Origin: a bacterium
Lineage (GTDB): Bacteria > Hinthialibacterota > Hinthialibacteria > H5-UNCL2
Length of the DNA: 64,000 nucleotides
Direction of reading: 5' to 3'
Assembly (NCBI GenBank): GCA_015075175.1
Contig: JABTUV010000006.1
Location: 159,271-223,270 of the forward strand
Below the pieces are notes generated by a model. That model made no database searches, was not told where the DNA came from, and saw only the letters and a program-made list of their open reading frames with translations. Below are positions 41,920-51,746 of this stretch, piece after piece (position 1 is the stretch's first letter; each line of letters begins with the position of its first letter). Both the position numbers and the translations under genes were made by a program.

Positions 41920-41970
41920 CGGCCTAATACCGGTTGATCCGCGTTCACGCCACCGCTTGTTTCCTCCTCA

Positions 41971-42759
41971 TTAGCTGATTGCGAAGGCGGGGAGCGGGGC
42001 GAAGAGGCAGAGGGCGTTGTGGCGCGTGGTCGCGGCCAGGGAGGCGGGGGCGACGCGGCGCAGGCGCGCGACGGCCTCCAGCGTGCGCGCAAGATAGGCC
42101 GGCTGGTTGCGCGCGCCCCGGTGCGGGACGGGCGCCAGATAAGGCGCGTCGGTTTCAATCAATAGGCGCTCCGCCGGGCAATCCCGCGCCGCTGCGTGCA
42201 CGGCCCCCGCCTTGGGAAAAGAAGCGATGCCCGAAATCGACACGTACAAGCCGCGCGCCGTCGCCCGGCGCAGAAGCTCCGCTCCGCCCGTGAAGCAATG
42301 CAGGACTCCCCGCGACAGGCCCTCGCGCGCAATCAACTCCCACAGGTCCTCGTCGGCGTCGCGGCTGTGGATGACCAGCGGCAGGCACAACTCCTCCGCC
42401 AGGCGGATGTGCGCGGCAAAGAGCGCCTTTTGGCGTTGGTGGTCCGGTCCGTGATGATACTCCAGCCCCGCTTCTCCCAGCGCGACCACCCGGGGATGCT
42501 GCGCCAGCGCGGCGATCTCGCCCAGCGCCTCCGGGCCGTACTCCTGCGCCGAGTGGGGCGCGATGCCCACGGCGGCGTAAAGGCTCGGGTAAGCGGCCGC
42601 CAATTCCACCGCCCGGCGCGAGGAGAGGGGATCGTAGCCGACTACCAGCATCTCGGTTACGCCCGCTTCCCGCGCCCGGGCGAGGACTGCGTCCAGGTCA
42701 TGGGCGAAGGCCGGATCATTGAGATGGCAGTGGGAATCGAAGAGCGGCTCAGTCGGCAT
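41971..42759 (-). CDS. tatD: TatD family hydrolase
   Basis: [46 protein letters not shown]. Confidence 0.93.
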   Translation of the reverse strand: MPTEPLFDSHCHLNDPAFAHDLDAVLARAREAGVTEMLVVGYDPLSSRRAVELAAAYPSLYAAVGIAPHSAQEYGPEALGEIAALAQHPRVVALGEAGLEYHHGPDHQRQKALFAAHIRLAEELCLPLVIHSRDADEDLWELIAREGLSRGVLHCFTGGAELLRRATARGLYVSISGIASFPKAGAVHAAARDCPAERLLIETDAPYLAPVPHRGARNQPAYLARTLEAVARLRRVAPASLAATTRHNALCLFAPLPAFAIS

Positions 42760-43819
42760 GGGCGATGACGGCGCCTCCGCACAGTTCCTCGCCCACGTAC
42801 CAGACGGCGTACTGGCCGGGCGCGACGGCGGCGACGGGGGCGTCGAAGTGCACGCGCACGCGGTCCGCGTCGAAGTGGATGCGCGCGGGCACGAGGGGCG
42901 CGCGGGAGCGAATCTTGACCTCGACCCGCGCGCCCGAGGGTAGCGGGGACAAGACGTTGACGCGGTCGGCCACGAGGGCGCGCGCCAGGATGCCGGCGCG
43001 GTCGGCGACGGCGACCGTGTTGGTCTCGGCGTCGATGGCGGCCACGTAGAGCGGCCGGCCCGCGGCCACGCCCAACCCGCGCCGCTGGCCCACGGTGAAG
43101 TGCCAGTAGCCCGGATGTCCGCCCAGGACGCGCCCTTCCGTGTCCACGATGGCGCCGGATCGCTCGGGCAAGTGTTCGGAAAGAAACTTGCGGTAGTCGT
43201 CGGGCACGAAGCAGATTTCCTGGCTGTCGGGCTTGTCCGCCACGGGCAGGCCCAGTCGGCGCGCCTCGGCCCGCGTCTCCTCCTTGACCATGTCGCCGAG
43301 TGGGAACAGAATGCGCGCAAGGGCCTCGCGTCGCACGCCGGCAAGAAAATAGGACTGATCCTTGTCCCGATCCCTGCCCCGCAGCAGGTGCGGTCGGCCG
43401 GTCTCGTCCGTGTGGATGCGGGCGTAATGGCCGGTTGCGACCGCGTCGCAGCCTATCGCCCGCGCGCGCGCGAGCATGTAATCGAACTTGAGCGCGTGGT
43501 TGCAAGCCATGCAGGGGCTGGGCGTGCGGCCGTTGCGATACTCCGACACAAAATAGTCCACGACCGCGCGCGTGAACTCCTCCTCGCAATTCAGCACGTA
43601 GTGGGGGATGCCCAGGCGGGCGGCGGCGCGGCGGGCGTCGTGCGTCTCGTCCAGCCCGCAGCAGGTCTTGGCCCCCGCCGACTCTGCAGGCGGGCGCAGG
43701 CGCATGGTGATCCCAACCACCTCGTAGCCCGCGGCCACGAGCCGCCCCGCGGCGACCGCGCTGTCTACCCCTCCACTCATCAAGGCTGCCACCCGCACCG
43801 GCGGACTCTCTCCCTTCAA
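42749..43819 (-). CDS. mnmA: tRNA 2-thiouridylase MnmA
   Basis: [58 protein letters not shown]. Confidence 0.96.
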   Translation of the reverse strand: MKGESPPVRVAALMSGGVDSAVAAGRLVAAGYEVVGITMRLRPPAESAGAKTCCGLDETHDARRAAARLGIPHYVLNCEEEFTRAVVDYFVSEYRNGRTPSPCMACNHALKFDYMLARARAIGCDAVATGHYARIHTDETGRPHLLRGRDRDKDQSYFLAGVRREALARILFPLGDMVKEETRAEARRLGLPVADKPDSQEICFVPDDYRKFLSEHLPERSGAIVDTEGRVLGGHPGYWHFTVGQRRGLGVAAGRPLYVAAIDAETNTVAVADRAGILARALVADRVNVLSPLPSGARVEVKIRSRAPLVPARIHFDADRVRVHFDAPVAAVAPGQYAVWYVGEELCGGAVIAHAD

Positions 43820-43958
43820 AAGGCTTGCGTCAGGTTAACGCAAATTCCGTTCAAGTCAAATCCACGCGCTGGGGGGCCGAGACGCAGAAGTTCACGGCTA
43901 CACATGCGGCTGCAAGCTGGTCTTCCGCTTGGGGGTTCAAGACCGGCCAAACGTCGCA

Positions 43959-44136
43959 GTCATTCCGACCGAAGCCGACTGTCATTTCGACCGAGGGAGA
44001 AATCTTCATTCCGACCGAAGCCGACTGTCATTCCGACCGAGGCCGACTGTCATTTCGACCGAAGGGAGAAATCTTCTTCCTTATACTCGACCCACTGCGA
44101 CCGGCGGAAAGATTTCTCCCTTCGGTCGAAATGACA
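43959..44136. repeat. GTCATTTCGACC REP cluster with 21-bp half-units and an inverted arm
   Basis: GTCATTCCGACCGA(A/G)GCCGACT units, two full forward arms, reverse arm 44110-44136. Confidence 0.88.
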
Positions 44137-44485
44137 GCTCTGTACACAAAGCGCAAAAATTGAATCTGCACTCCGCTGAGTGCCAAGAGCGGCTGAATCT
44201 TGATCGCAGCACGCAAAAACGTACACGCCCGAGAACATTTGCCGAGCGGGCTGCGTCTTTACCAGTAGAGACTGTGTTTCCTGTTCTTTGATATTCGGGG
44301 TGGGCGACGCACAAGGTTTGGCGGAAGCATGGCGGGTCAATCGCCTCTGGGTCGCACGGGCACGGTAGTTTTTGGCGGCCTTCTGCTTATGTCGTCCACC
44401 CCGAACCTATTTTTCCACGCCAATAAGATCAAATATCATCAATACGTCATTATTCTCAATGCGCTTGCTGCGGTTGTAGCTAGCG

Positions 44486-44499
44486 TTGACTTGTGTCAG
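44486..44499. promoter_or_regulatory. Possible FNR/CRP-family site upstream of the cytochrome gene
   Basis: TTGAC-TTGT-GTCAG; a TTGACA also lies at 44583. Confidence 0.3.
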
Positions 44500-44656
44500 G
44501 TAAAGCGTGCCTGCCGTGATGGAGATTGGCGCATTTTCGGATGAATAATCACCAGAATCCCGCGTCTAATTGATTAAGCAGGTTGACAAAAAAGGCGTCC
44601 TGTGCCACAAACGGTCAACTTGCGGATTTGCCAACACAAAAGGAGTTCATCGGATC

Positions 44657-45178
44657 ATGCTCAAGTACTCGTACCTCGCCCTGGCTCTCGTTCTCGCCGC
44701 CGCCGTGTGCGTCAATCTGGCGTTCTCGGAGGCGTCGGGCAAGTACATCGGCAACAAGCAGTGCCTGATGTGCCGTAAGACGGTCGTCAAGCAGCAGTAC
44801 CTCTTCGACCACTGGGCGACGACCAAGCACGCCAAGGCGACGGAGAATCTGCCGGCGGACAAGAAGGCGGACCCGGAGTGCTTGCAGTGCCACAGCACGG
44901 GCTTCGGCAAGCCGGGCGGGATGACGGTGGAGATGGCTAAGACGGCGACGCCGTTGATGGCCAACGTGCAGTGCGAAGGCTGCCACGGCCCGGGCGAAGC
45001 GCACAAGACCGCGCCCAAGGAGAAGAAGGCCGAGACCATGAACAAGCCGACCAAGGAGACCTGCATCGTCTGCCATACGGAGACGCATCCGGGTGGTGAC
45101 GTGCCCGGCTGGAAGAAGTTCAACTACGAGGAAGACTCCAAGACGGTAGCGCATCCCAAGGCGCCGGACGCCAAGTAG
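44657..45178 (+). CDS. Periplasmic multiheme cytochrome c (c554-like)
   Basis: Signal peptide, YIGNKQCLMCR, W..TKHAKA, CLQCHSTGF, VQCEGCHGPG, CIVCH; AGGAG RBS. Confidence 0.88.
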   Translation: MLKYSYLALALVLAAAVCVNLAFSEASGKYIGNKQCLMCRKTVVKQQYLFDHWATTKHAKATENLPADKKADPECLQCHSTGFGKPGGMTVEMAKTATPLMANVQCEGCHGPGEAHKTAPKEKKAETMNKPTKETCIVCHTETHPGGDVPGWKKFNYEEDSKTVAHPKAPDAK

Positions 45179-45210
45179 AGATCGACAACTGGGACGGAAG
45201 TCCGTTATAA

Positions 45211-45245
45211 GGGCAGGCGTGGTCGAGGCTACGCCTGCCTTTTTT
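45211..45245 (+). terminator. Rho-independent terminator
   Basis: GGCAGGCGTGG-loop-CTACGCCTGCC-TTTTTT. Confidence 0.85.
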
Positions 45246-45323
45246 GTGCAGAGATGGGACCTGTAGGACACATGGGACCTGTGGGTCCGGCAAGACGCGC
45301 CGGCAGGATGCCGACGATATGCG

Positions 45324-46515
45324 ATGAACATTCTCTTTATCTCGCCGGTAGTGCCGACGGAGTGGCGGGGCCGGCGGCCGTTCAACTTTCTCCAGCATCT
45401 GGGCGCGCGGGCCATCGCGTGCGCCTGTTGTATCAACCCTATGGCAAGGGGAGGCGGAGGCGCCGCTGCGGACGCTGGGCGTGTCGGCGGAGCTGGCGCC
45501 CTTCTCGCGTGCGGCGGCGCTGGCGCGCGTCGCCCTGGCCCTGCCAACCCCAACGGCATTGCGCATCGCCTACTGTCAAAGCCCGGCCATGGCTGCGGCC
45601 ATCGCCCGCGAACTGGCGAGCGGGCGCTACGACCTGATCCACTGCGACCGCTTTCGTCTCTGCGGCGTCTTGCCCGCCGGGCCGCGACCGCCGGTCGTCT
45701 GGGACCTGCCGGACGCGCTCGATCTGTACTATCAGCGGGCGCTGCGATTCGCGCAGAGTCCGCTGGGGCGGCTCGTTCCCCGGCTGGAGGGGCCGCGGAT
45801 CGCGCGCCGGCAGGCGGCGCTCATGCCCCGCATGGCGGCCACGCTGGTCTGCTCGCCGGTGGACGCCGCCCACCTGGCCCGCCAAGCCCCTGGCGCGCAC
45901 CTGGAAGTCGTCGAGAACACCGTCGATACCGACGAGTTTCACCCTCCTGGGCAGGAACGGCGCGGCGACCATCTCGTGTTTGCGGGGACGCTCTCGTATC
46001 TGCCCAACGTGGACGGACTCGGCTACTTCATGCGCGACATCTGGCCGCGGCTCCGGGCGGGCCGCCCCCATTTGCGGCTGCGGCTGGTGGGAACGCGGCC
46101 GGGCAAAGTAGCGCGGGCCTTCGCGCGCCAACCCGGCGTGGAACTGGTCGGCCACGTCCCCAACATGGCCGCGGAGATGGCGGAGGGGATTCTCGTCTGC
46201 CCCATCCGCGTCGCCAGCGGGACGCGCATCAAGCTCTTGGAGGCGATGGCGGCGGAGATGCCCATCGTCAGTACCAGCCTGGGCATCGAGGGCCTGTCGG
46301 TTCAGAACGAGCGGGAACTGTTGGTCGCGGACGATGCGGCCCGGTTCGTTGCGGCGGTCGAGCGGCTCCTGTCTGACCCTGCCTTGCGCGCGCGCCTGGC
46401 CGAGGCCGGGCGCCGGTATGTCGAGCGACACCACAGCCTGGCGGCGGTGGGAAGAAAGCTGGAGGCGGTCTATGAGCGGGCGTGCGCGTCGATCACGTTG
46501 AGCAGCGCGAAGTAG
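45324..46515 (+). CDS. Glycosyltransferase family 4 (frameshifts near the 5' end)
   Basis: MNILFISP, VVENTVDTDEF, LVFAGTLSYLPNVDG, SGTRIKLLEAMA..PIVSTSLGIEGL. Confidence 0.88.
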
Positions 46516-47441
46516 CCGCGGCCGAACTCCTCCGAGAGGATGTCGATGCTGCCCCTCTTGGTCTCTCCCCGGCGGCGCAACTCGGCGTAGCGGGCCAGCA
46601 GGCGGGCGCGCTCCTCCGGCGTCCAGCGCCGGCCCCGGTTGGCATGGCCGTTCTCGGCGACCGGCGGCAGGAGCCGGAGCAGCGAACCTGGCGCGACCTC
46701 CTTCATGCTTTGCACCCCGTGGCGGAAGGCGCTCTTGGACAACTCGAAACCCACGATGCGCCGCCCCAGTCCGACCGCCACACGCGCCGTGGAAAACCCG
46801 CCCAGAAAGAGATCGCATACCAGATCGCCGGGATTGCTGCTGTATAGAATGACTTTCTTGAGAAGCTCCGTCGGCAGCTCGTTTTTATTTTTTCTCCTGC
46901 CGGGCTTGTACTCGCGGTTGATGATCCAGACATCCTCACGGTCCAGGTAGTTGGCCGCCCCGCCGTCGGCGTTTTTGTCGCTCGGTCCGAAGCGGCAGTA
47001 CGTATTGAAGGTGGGCCGCCGGCCCGGCTTGACGCAGTAGAGCAGATGGTAGTGCGACGAGACGTACTTGTTGGTCGTGTAGACGCCGAAGTTGTACTTC
47101 CAGATGAGGTGATTGACGAGCGCCAGTTCGGTCTCGGCCAGCGCGTTGAGGATGTCCCGCAGGTTGGAATAGCCCGACATGACGTAGAGCGAGCCGCCGG
47201 GCCGCAGGATGCGTTCCGCCTGCCGGACCCAGGCGCGGCTGAAGTGGGCGTACTGCGCCTGGGGAACCTCGACGTAGCCGTCCACCACGAACTCCTCCTT
47301 GCGGTGGTAGTGGCGGTGGAGGGTGTCGCCGGCGATGCCGTAGGGGGGGTCGGTGAGGATGAGATCGACGGCGCCGTCGGAGATATGCCGGCGGGCGCCC
47401 GTGACGGCGTCCTCGTTGAACAAAAGGGTCATGGGTTTCAT
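46470..47441 (-). CDS. DNA N4/N6-methyltransferase (beta class) with a C-terminal Myb/HTH-like extension
   Basis: VDLILTDPPYG followed by SSNPGDLVCDLFLGGFST and GFELS. Confidence 0.88.
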   Translation of the reverse strand: MKPMTLLFNEDAVTGARRHISDGAVDLILTDPPYGIAGDTLHRHYHRKEEFVVDGYVEVPQAQYAHFSRAWVRQAERILRPGGSLYVMSGYSNLRDILNALAETELALVNHLIWKYNFGVYTTNKYVSSHYHLLYCVKPGRRPTFNTYCRFGPSDKNADGGAANYLDREDVWIINREYKPGRRKNKNELPTELLKKVILYSSNPGDLVCDLFLGGFSTARVAVGLGRRIVGFELSKSAFRHGVQSMKEVAPGSLLRLLPPVAENGHANRGRRWTPEERARLLARYAELRRRGETKRGSIDILSEEFGRGYFALLNVIDAHARS

Positions 47442-47481
47442 GGCCGGCAATGTAGCTCGGGGATGGGCGGGATGCAAGCTT

Positions 47482-47577
47482 GTAGGGTGCGCACCGCGCA
47501 CCGCCCGATCACGGTCCGGTAGGGTGCGCACCGCGCACCGCCCAATCACGGTCCGGTAGGGTGCGCACCGCGCACCG
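47482..47577 (+). repeat. Tandem GTAG REP, 37-bp period, 2.6 copies
   Basis: GTAGGGTGCGCACCGCGCACCG at 47482, 47519, 47556 with near-identical linkers. Confidence 0.9.
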
Positions 47578-47662
47578 GGCGCATTTTGCGATACACTTGC
47601 GCTCCGGTTTGGAGTACTAAAGAGGGCATCCAAGCCACGCCGGGCAGGCAGGAGTCTCTTTC

Positions 47663-48670
47663 ATGCGCGCAGGCCGGACGGACTCCGAGTTCCGCTACCG
47701 CATCCAGCGCAGCGAACGGCCCTTCAACTGGTCGCTGTTCCGCGGGCTGTTTCTGATCGCGTGCTGCCTGTTGCTGATCAGTCTCAACGTGCGGAGCGAG
47801 TTCGGCGACTCGCTTTCGTCCTACGTGGTGCTGCCGTTGAACTACATCTATGGGCAGGCGCGGGAGGGCGTCCTGTCGGCAGGGGACGCGGTGGCGCGGC
47901 ACTGGGAGGCGGCGCGGCGGCTTGGCGCGGTCGAGGCGGAGAACGCCGATCTGCGCGACCAGTTGACGGCGCTGTCGCTGGAAGTGACCCAGTATCGCGC
48001 CATGGCGGCGACCTGGGGGTTGCACCAGTATTTCGGGGAGGCGCGCACGTTGCCCGCCGCCGTGATTGCGGTCTCCGACGATCCCCTGCGCCGCACCGCG
48101 CTCCTGGACCGGGGCGAAGTGCACGGCCTGTCCAAGTACATGCCGGTGGTCGTAGCCGGCGCGTCGGGGGAACCCGTACTGGTGGGACGCATCGTGGAGG
48201 TGCGCCCGTATGCCGCCCTCCTCCTGCTCGTGGTGGATCCGCAGAGCGCCGTCGCCGCCGTCGTTGCCAACGAGGTTCTTTCGTCTACCGAGGTTCTTTC
48301 GCCTACTTCTCTCATTGCGACTACCTCTGTCATTTCGACCACCTCTCTCATTTCGACCCCTTCTGTCATTTCGACCGAAGGGAGAAATCTTGTCCACGGC
48401 ATGGTGCGGGGGACGGGGGAGGGGTGCGTGGTGTCCGTACCCCGCGATGCCGAGTTGTCCGCCGGTGATCTCGTCTACACCTCGGGGCGCGGCGTCTATT
48501 TTCCTCCCGATCTTTACCTGGGTCGTATCGCCGGCCAGCATCCGGACGCGGCGGGCCTGGACCTGGTCTACCGGTTGGAGCCAGCCTTTCGCCTCTCCGA
48601 CCTGCGGGAGGTCTTGATTCTGCCCAATCTGTATCGTGATGACGCGCAGAAGTTGGGGGTGGGGCCGTGA
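47663..48670 (+). CDS. mreC: Rod shape-determining protein MreC with a repeat-derived insertion
   Basis: TM, AENADLR coiled coil, LDRG..HGL...MPVV, LVGRIVEV, GDLVYTSG.G..FPPDL.LG; synteny with mreD-mrdA-rodA. Confidence 0.88.
   Translation: MRAGRTDSEFRYRIQRSERPFNWSLFRGLFLIACCLLLISLNVRSEFGDSLSSYVVLPLNYIYGQAREGVLSAGDAVARHWEAARRLGAVEAENADLRDQLTALSLEVTQYRAMAATWGLHQYFGEARTLPAAVIAVSDDPLRRTALLDRGEVHGLSKYMPVVVAGASGEPVLVGRIVEVRPYAALLLLVVDPQSAVAAVVANEVLSSTEVLSPTSLIATTSVISTTSLISTPSVISTEGRNLVHGMVRGTGEGCVVSVPRDAELSAGDLVYTSGRGVYFPPDLYLGRIAGQHPDAAGLDLVYRLEPAFRLSDLREVLILPNLYRDDAQKLGVGP
48272..48391 (+). repeat. Six 18-bp units ending in a full GTCATTTCGACCGAAGGGAGAAATCT, in frame in mreC
   Basis: Encodes EVLSST EVLSPT SLIATT SVISTT SLISTP SVISTE GRNL. 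Confidence 0.88.
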
Positions 48671-49169
48671 AGACAACCTGGCGGCTCGCATCGCCGCGAC
48701 TGCTGTCACCGCGGCGGCTCCTGTCCCTGCGACAACTTTTGTCATTTCGACCGCTCTTGTCATTTCGAACGTTCCTGTCATTTCGACCGCTCCTGTCATT
48801 TCGACCGAAGGGAGAAATCCCCCTGCACCCTCTTGCTCCTCCCAGCACGACACGCAAGATTTCTCCCTCGGTCGAAATGACAACGGCGAGGACGCGCAGA
48901 AGTTGGGGGTGGGGCCGTGAAGACAACCTGGCGGCTCGCATCGCCGCGACTGCTGTCACCGCGGCGGCTCCTGTCCCTGCGACAACTTTTGTCATTTCGA
49001 CCGTTCCTGTCATTTCGACCGTTCCTGTCATTTCGACCGAAGGGAGAAATCCCCCTGCACCCTCTTGCTCCTCCCAGCACCATGCGCAAGATTTCTCCCT
49101 TCGGTCGAAATGACAACGGCGAGGACGCACAGAAGTTGGGGGTGGGGCCGTGAAGACAACCTGGCGGCT
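48641..49169 (+). repeat. Tandem duplication (250 + 233 bp) with three copies of the 46-bp mreC/mreD junction
   Basis: GACGC(G/A)CAGAAGTTGGGGGTGGGGCCGTGAAGACAACCTGGCGGCT at 48641, 48891, 49124; each unit holds a REP inverted pair. Confidence 0.92.
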
Positions 49170-49676
49170 GGTGGTTCTGGGCGTGGTTCTGTGCGGGGCG
49201 CGCTATCTCTTCGCGCCCGACCTCTGCGCGCGCCTGCCGGCCGAGTGGGCGCCGGCCTTGCGGCTGGAACTGCCGCTTTTCTGGTTCTCTATCTGACCTT
49301 GCGGGCCGATACCGGCGTGGCCTTGACCACCGCCTTCTGGACGGGACTTCTGGCCGACATCCTGCTGTTGAACGCTGGCCTGCGGGCGCTGATCTTTCTT
49401 CTCGTCGCCATCGTACCCGATCTGTTGCGCAAGTATCTGCTGGTCGAAGGCTCCTCCCAGGCTGGTTCTTTCTCATGGGAGGTTGGCGCTGCTGGCGTTC
49501 CTGGTCCCCATCGTGGAACCGACGGAGCGGGCCTGCTGCCGCTCATGCGCCGGCCGGACTATTGGCGCGGGTTGGGCGTTTACGTTCTGTCCAACACGCT
49601 GTTCATGGTTCCGCTGCTCGGCTTACTGGATTTTGTGCGGCGGCGGTTCAAACTGCTGGAGGAGGGAGAGCCGTGA
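49150..49676 (+). CDS. mreD: Rod shape-determining protein MreD (frameshifted)
   Basis: GTG at 49150; hydrophobic; AFWTGLLADILL...GLRAL; lies between mreC and PBP2. Confidence 0.65.
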
Positions 49677-51498
49677 AGAAGGCCGCGCGCGGCAAGCCCC
49701 AGGCGCCTCCTGCCGCGCCCAGGCGCACGTTGTGCGCCTGGGTGTGCTCGTGCTTGTGGTGGTCGCGCTGCTGGGCTTCCGCGTCTGGGTGCTGCAACTG
49801 GTGGAAGGCGAGAAGTATCGGTACCAGGCCACGCTCAACTATCAGAAGGAAGTGGTCGTGCCGGCGCTGCGCGGCGACATCCTGGACGCCCAGGGCCGGC
49901 TATTGGCTGCCAATCGTTCCCGCTACGACCTGGTAGTGGACACGGGTCATTACAACACCAAGGTCCTGCACGGCAGCCTGTGGCGGTTGGCGCCGGTGCT
50001 GGAGCAGTCGCCGCGCGAACTCATCTCCGCTTTGGAACGCGCCCCCAAGGTGCTGGGCGAGGCAGTGCTGATCGCCAACGTCTCCGACGATCTGCGCATC
50101 AAGCTCCTGGAACTACAATCGGAATTGCCGGGCCTGTCGGTAGCCGAGAAGGCCCTGCGCTATTATCCCAACGGCGTGATCGGCGGACACGCGGTGGGTT
50201 ACATCCAGGAAGTCAGCGCGCGCGAACTGGAACGCGGCCTGAGCAGCGAATACGCCGCGGGCGACATGATCGGTCGCACCGGCCTGGAGGCGGCGGGCGA
50301 GCCTTGGCTGCGTGGCAAAAAGGGCCGAAAAACCGTGCGCGTGTTCGCCAGCGGGGTCGAGGACACCCGCTTCTACAGCGACGAAATCCGCCCCGACGAC
50401 GAGAAGGAGGTCCCCGGACTCACCCTTCAGAGCCATCTCGACCTGGACCTGCAGGCCCACTGCGAGGCGATTCTGGGCGCCTCGATCGGCAGCATCGTGG
50501 TGCTGGGCGCGTCCGGCGAAGTCCTGGCGCTGGCCAGCTACCCCCGCTTTGATCCCAACAACCTCACCGACTCGCGCCGGCGGACCATCCGCGAAAACCG
50601 TAACGAGTTCTTCGGCGCCATCGCGGGGACCTGGGAACCGGGATCGGTCTACAAGATGGTGGTGGCCTACGGCGGCCTCCTTGAGGGCAAGATCAATCCG
50701 CGCGAGACCGTCTTCTGCTCCGGCAGCATCATGCGGGGTAAATTCAAGTACACCTGCATGTCCAAGTGGGGTCACGGCAGCGTGGACATGCTCACCGCCA
50801 TCCAGAAGTCGTGCAACGTCTACTTTTACACGGTCGGCGAGCGTCTGGGCGTGGACAACCTGGAGAAGTACTCGCGCATGTTCAGCTTCGGCGCGCCGAC
50901 CGGTCTGGACATTCCAGGCGAGACGGGTGGTTTCATCCCCTCGCGGGCCATGAAGAAGGCCCGATTCGGCGGTTCCCGCTACCACGCCTACGGCGAGTGG
51001 CTGCCGGGGGAGACGCTGCACTCGTCCATCGGGCAGGCGCTCACGCAGGTGACGCCCCTGCAGGTCGCCGTCTACGGCCACGTGCTGGCCAGTCGCGGAC
51101 AGGGCTACCACCCCTCGCTCTTGTGGCGCGTATGGGACCGCGACCGGCTCGTCCACGAGTTTTCGCCCCGACCGCTGGACCCCATGCCCGTCGACGAGAG
51201 GGCCTTCGCCGTACTGGACGAGGGCATGTGGCGCGTGGTCAACCTGCCCAACGGAACCGCCTACAAGGCGCATCGGCCCGGCCTCTCCGTCTGCGGCAAA
51301 ACCGGCTCCTCCGAGCATCCCGGCAGCAAGACCCGCGGCGAGCCGACCCACGCCTGGTTCGTCGGCTACGGCCCGCGCGAGCATCCCCGCTATACCGTCG
51401 CGGTCTTTCTGGCCAAGGCCGGGCACGGCGGCGAATTCGCCGCGCCCCTGGCAATGGAGGTATTCGAGCGGCTCCTGGCTGATGCCCTTGCATCGTGA
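49673..51498 (+). CDS. mrdA: Penicillin-binding protein 2 (frameshift near 49725)
   Basis: RGDILDAQG, RYYP, IGRTGLE, EPGSVYK (SxxK), SCN, KTG, HAWF. Confidence 0.9.
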
Positions 51499-51745
51499 TC
51501 TTAATCGCAGTCGTGTTCGTGCTTGCAGTCGTGTTCACGCCAGCGGCCCGCTGTCATTTCGACCGAAGGGAGCAATCCTGCTATCCTCGCGGCATGGAGG
51601 GCAAGGCGAGGGGAGATTTCTCCCGTCGGTCGAAGATTTCTCCCTTCGGTCGAAATGACAGGGGCGTGTTCGTAATCGTGCTCGTGCTCGATTAAGAGTA
51701 AGATTATGAACAAGATTAAGATTAGGAGTAGGACTAGGATCAAGA
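51493..51745. repeat. Hexamer array interrupted by a GTCATTTCGACC REP cassette
   Basis: Hexamers 51493-51537 and 51666-51745; REP arms at 51552-51577, 51614-51633, 51634-51660. Confidence 0.85.
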
Positions 51746-51746
51746 A

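Noticed and set aside
44168-44185. CIRCE-like GCACTC-CGCT-GAGTGC
   Set aside because: The spacer is 4 nt rather than 9, the TTA/TAA ends are missing and no chaperone gene follows
44140-44570. Lower-GC intergenic stretch as a gene remnant or sRNA
   Set aside because: No recognisable motif or coherent codon bias; consistent with a divergent promoter region
47482-47577. CRISPR-like 37-bp periodic repeat
   Set aside because: Spacers are near-identical, there are no cas genes, and the repeat is a GTAG REP
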